From a virus (Duplodnaviria; Caudoviricetes): a DNA stretch of 64,000 nt. The DNA is taken from the IMG/VR virus record IMGVR_UViG_2907202186_000003, positions 1-64,000 of that record, one strand, 5' to 3'. Shown piece after piece: positions 63,261 to 64,000 of the stretch; position 1 is the first letter of the stretch; each line of letters begins with the position of its first letter. The notes beneath the pieces are model-generated. The model did not search any database and had not been told where the DNA came from. It worked only from the letters and a program-made list of their open reading frames with translations. The translations under genes and the position numbers were made by a program.

Positions 63261-64000
63261 TTATGCTTCGGTTTTCTCTACTGCTTTGAGGATATCATTC
63301 AATTCGCCCAACACTACTGACATAATCTGAACGTGCGATTTAGCAAAATCAGTAACCTTCTTGCCTTTTCCAAGATTTTTCTCAATAATTTCATTAACTT
63401 CTTCTGATTTATTAAGACCATACAAAGTTTGCCCAGCTTTAAGAATACCTTTTTTCAATTCATCGAAATCCAAACTTTCAGATTCAAGTGTCTCTTTTTG
63501 CTCTTCATAAGATACTGCCTTAATCCCCTCTGCTTCCTCTTGCTTTTTAATGGCTTCAATAACAGCATTCTCAAGGTTTTCAGCAGTGAACTCCTGAAGA
63601 TATGGATTAATATAATCAAGCTTGCTACGAGCGAAGAAGTCTTTTGTTTCAGCCATATATCCACTCGACTTAATTACATTGCCTTTTTCATCAATGCCAT
63701 TGGAGCGAAGATATACAACGATCTCACTATTGTCAATAACAGGTGCAATGGCACGTTTATCCCCTTTAGGAACAATCTTTCCACGCTTTTCATCAAATGT
63801 TTCATGGGCAATAAATACGACAGTATATCCCGCATTGAGCAGTTTATCGATTTCTTCCCAGTATTCCATCTCATACTCTTTCCAAAGACCATATCCACCG
63901 CGACCTTCAGCAATAGTTTCAACTTCGAATTTATCACACACATATCTAGAACAATAACGAGCAGATGCTTCAACCTCATCGAAGATGATTGTTTGATACA
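63261..64000 (-). CDS. AAA-family ATPase (YorG/Sak4-like), 5' end beyond window
   Basis: Frame open to the window end and includes TIIFDEVE (Walker B), G.GY, VFIAH. Confidence 0.8.
   Translation of the reverse strand, partial: YQTIIFDEVEASARYCSRYVCDKFEVETIAEGRGGYGLWKEYEMEYWEEIDKLLNAGYTVVFIAHETFDEKRGKIVPKGDKRAIAPVIDNSEIVVYLRSNGIDEKGNVIKSSGYMAETKDFFARSKLDYINPYLQEFTAENLENAVIEAIKKQEEAEGIKAVSYEEQKETLESESLDFDELKKGILKAGQTLYGLNKSEEVNEIIEKNLGKGKKVTDFAKSHVQIMSVVLGELNDILKAVEKTEA

Larger units (their letters stand above)
1..64000. mobile_element. SPbeta-like large temperate phage/prophage, early and replication region (partial)
   Basis: Gene set resembles the SPbeta yor/yos/yoq/yol region: DnaE, RecJ, primase, DnaB, ligase, NrdEFI, dUTPase, YopX, UvrX/YolD, 3D-domain protein, AAA ATPase. 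Dense co-directional small ORFs, AT-rich, no host housekeeping operons. Confidence 0.9.

Noticed and set aside
154-63957. Many short plus-strand ORFs in the track (e.g. 1161-1379, 12340-12696, 17449-17829, 54245-54745)
   Set aside because: Antisense shadows of well-supported minus-strand genes; no RBS or motifs.

Overview
The whole window is the AT-rich early/replication arm of a large SPbeta-like temperate phage or prophage of a Bacillales host, probably Paenibacillus. No structural, lysis or integrase genes are present. Almost all genes are on the minus strand. Core modules: RecU-like resolvase, DnaE, ParM/ParR-like pair, ThyX-dUTPase-NrdI/F/E, RecJ, primase-DnaB-YorH-like-ligase, guanylate kinase, 3D-domain protein and an AAA ATPase. 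There is also a plus-strand island (wHTH, tubulin-like GTPase, two membrane proteins, large P-loop ATPase) and a LexA-box-preceded Y-family polymerase/YolD operon. Between these modules lie dozens of small accessory genes, several of them candidate defence or anti-defence genes (Acb2/Tad1-like sponge, two macrodomains, SLOG, PTH2, RNA ligase, Gam-like, HEPN, MTase-nuclease-MTase). The most striking unexplained structure is an 18-bp palindrome, AT[A/G/C]AAA-N6-TTT[T/C/G]AT. I counted about 50 copies by eye. It sits almost only between the stop codon of one accessory gene and the RBS of the next, and is absent inside the core operons, which looks like an integron-like cassette architecture. All calls come from reading motifs by eye; no searches were run.
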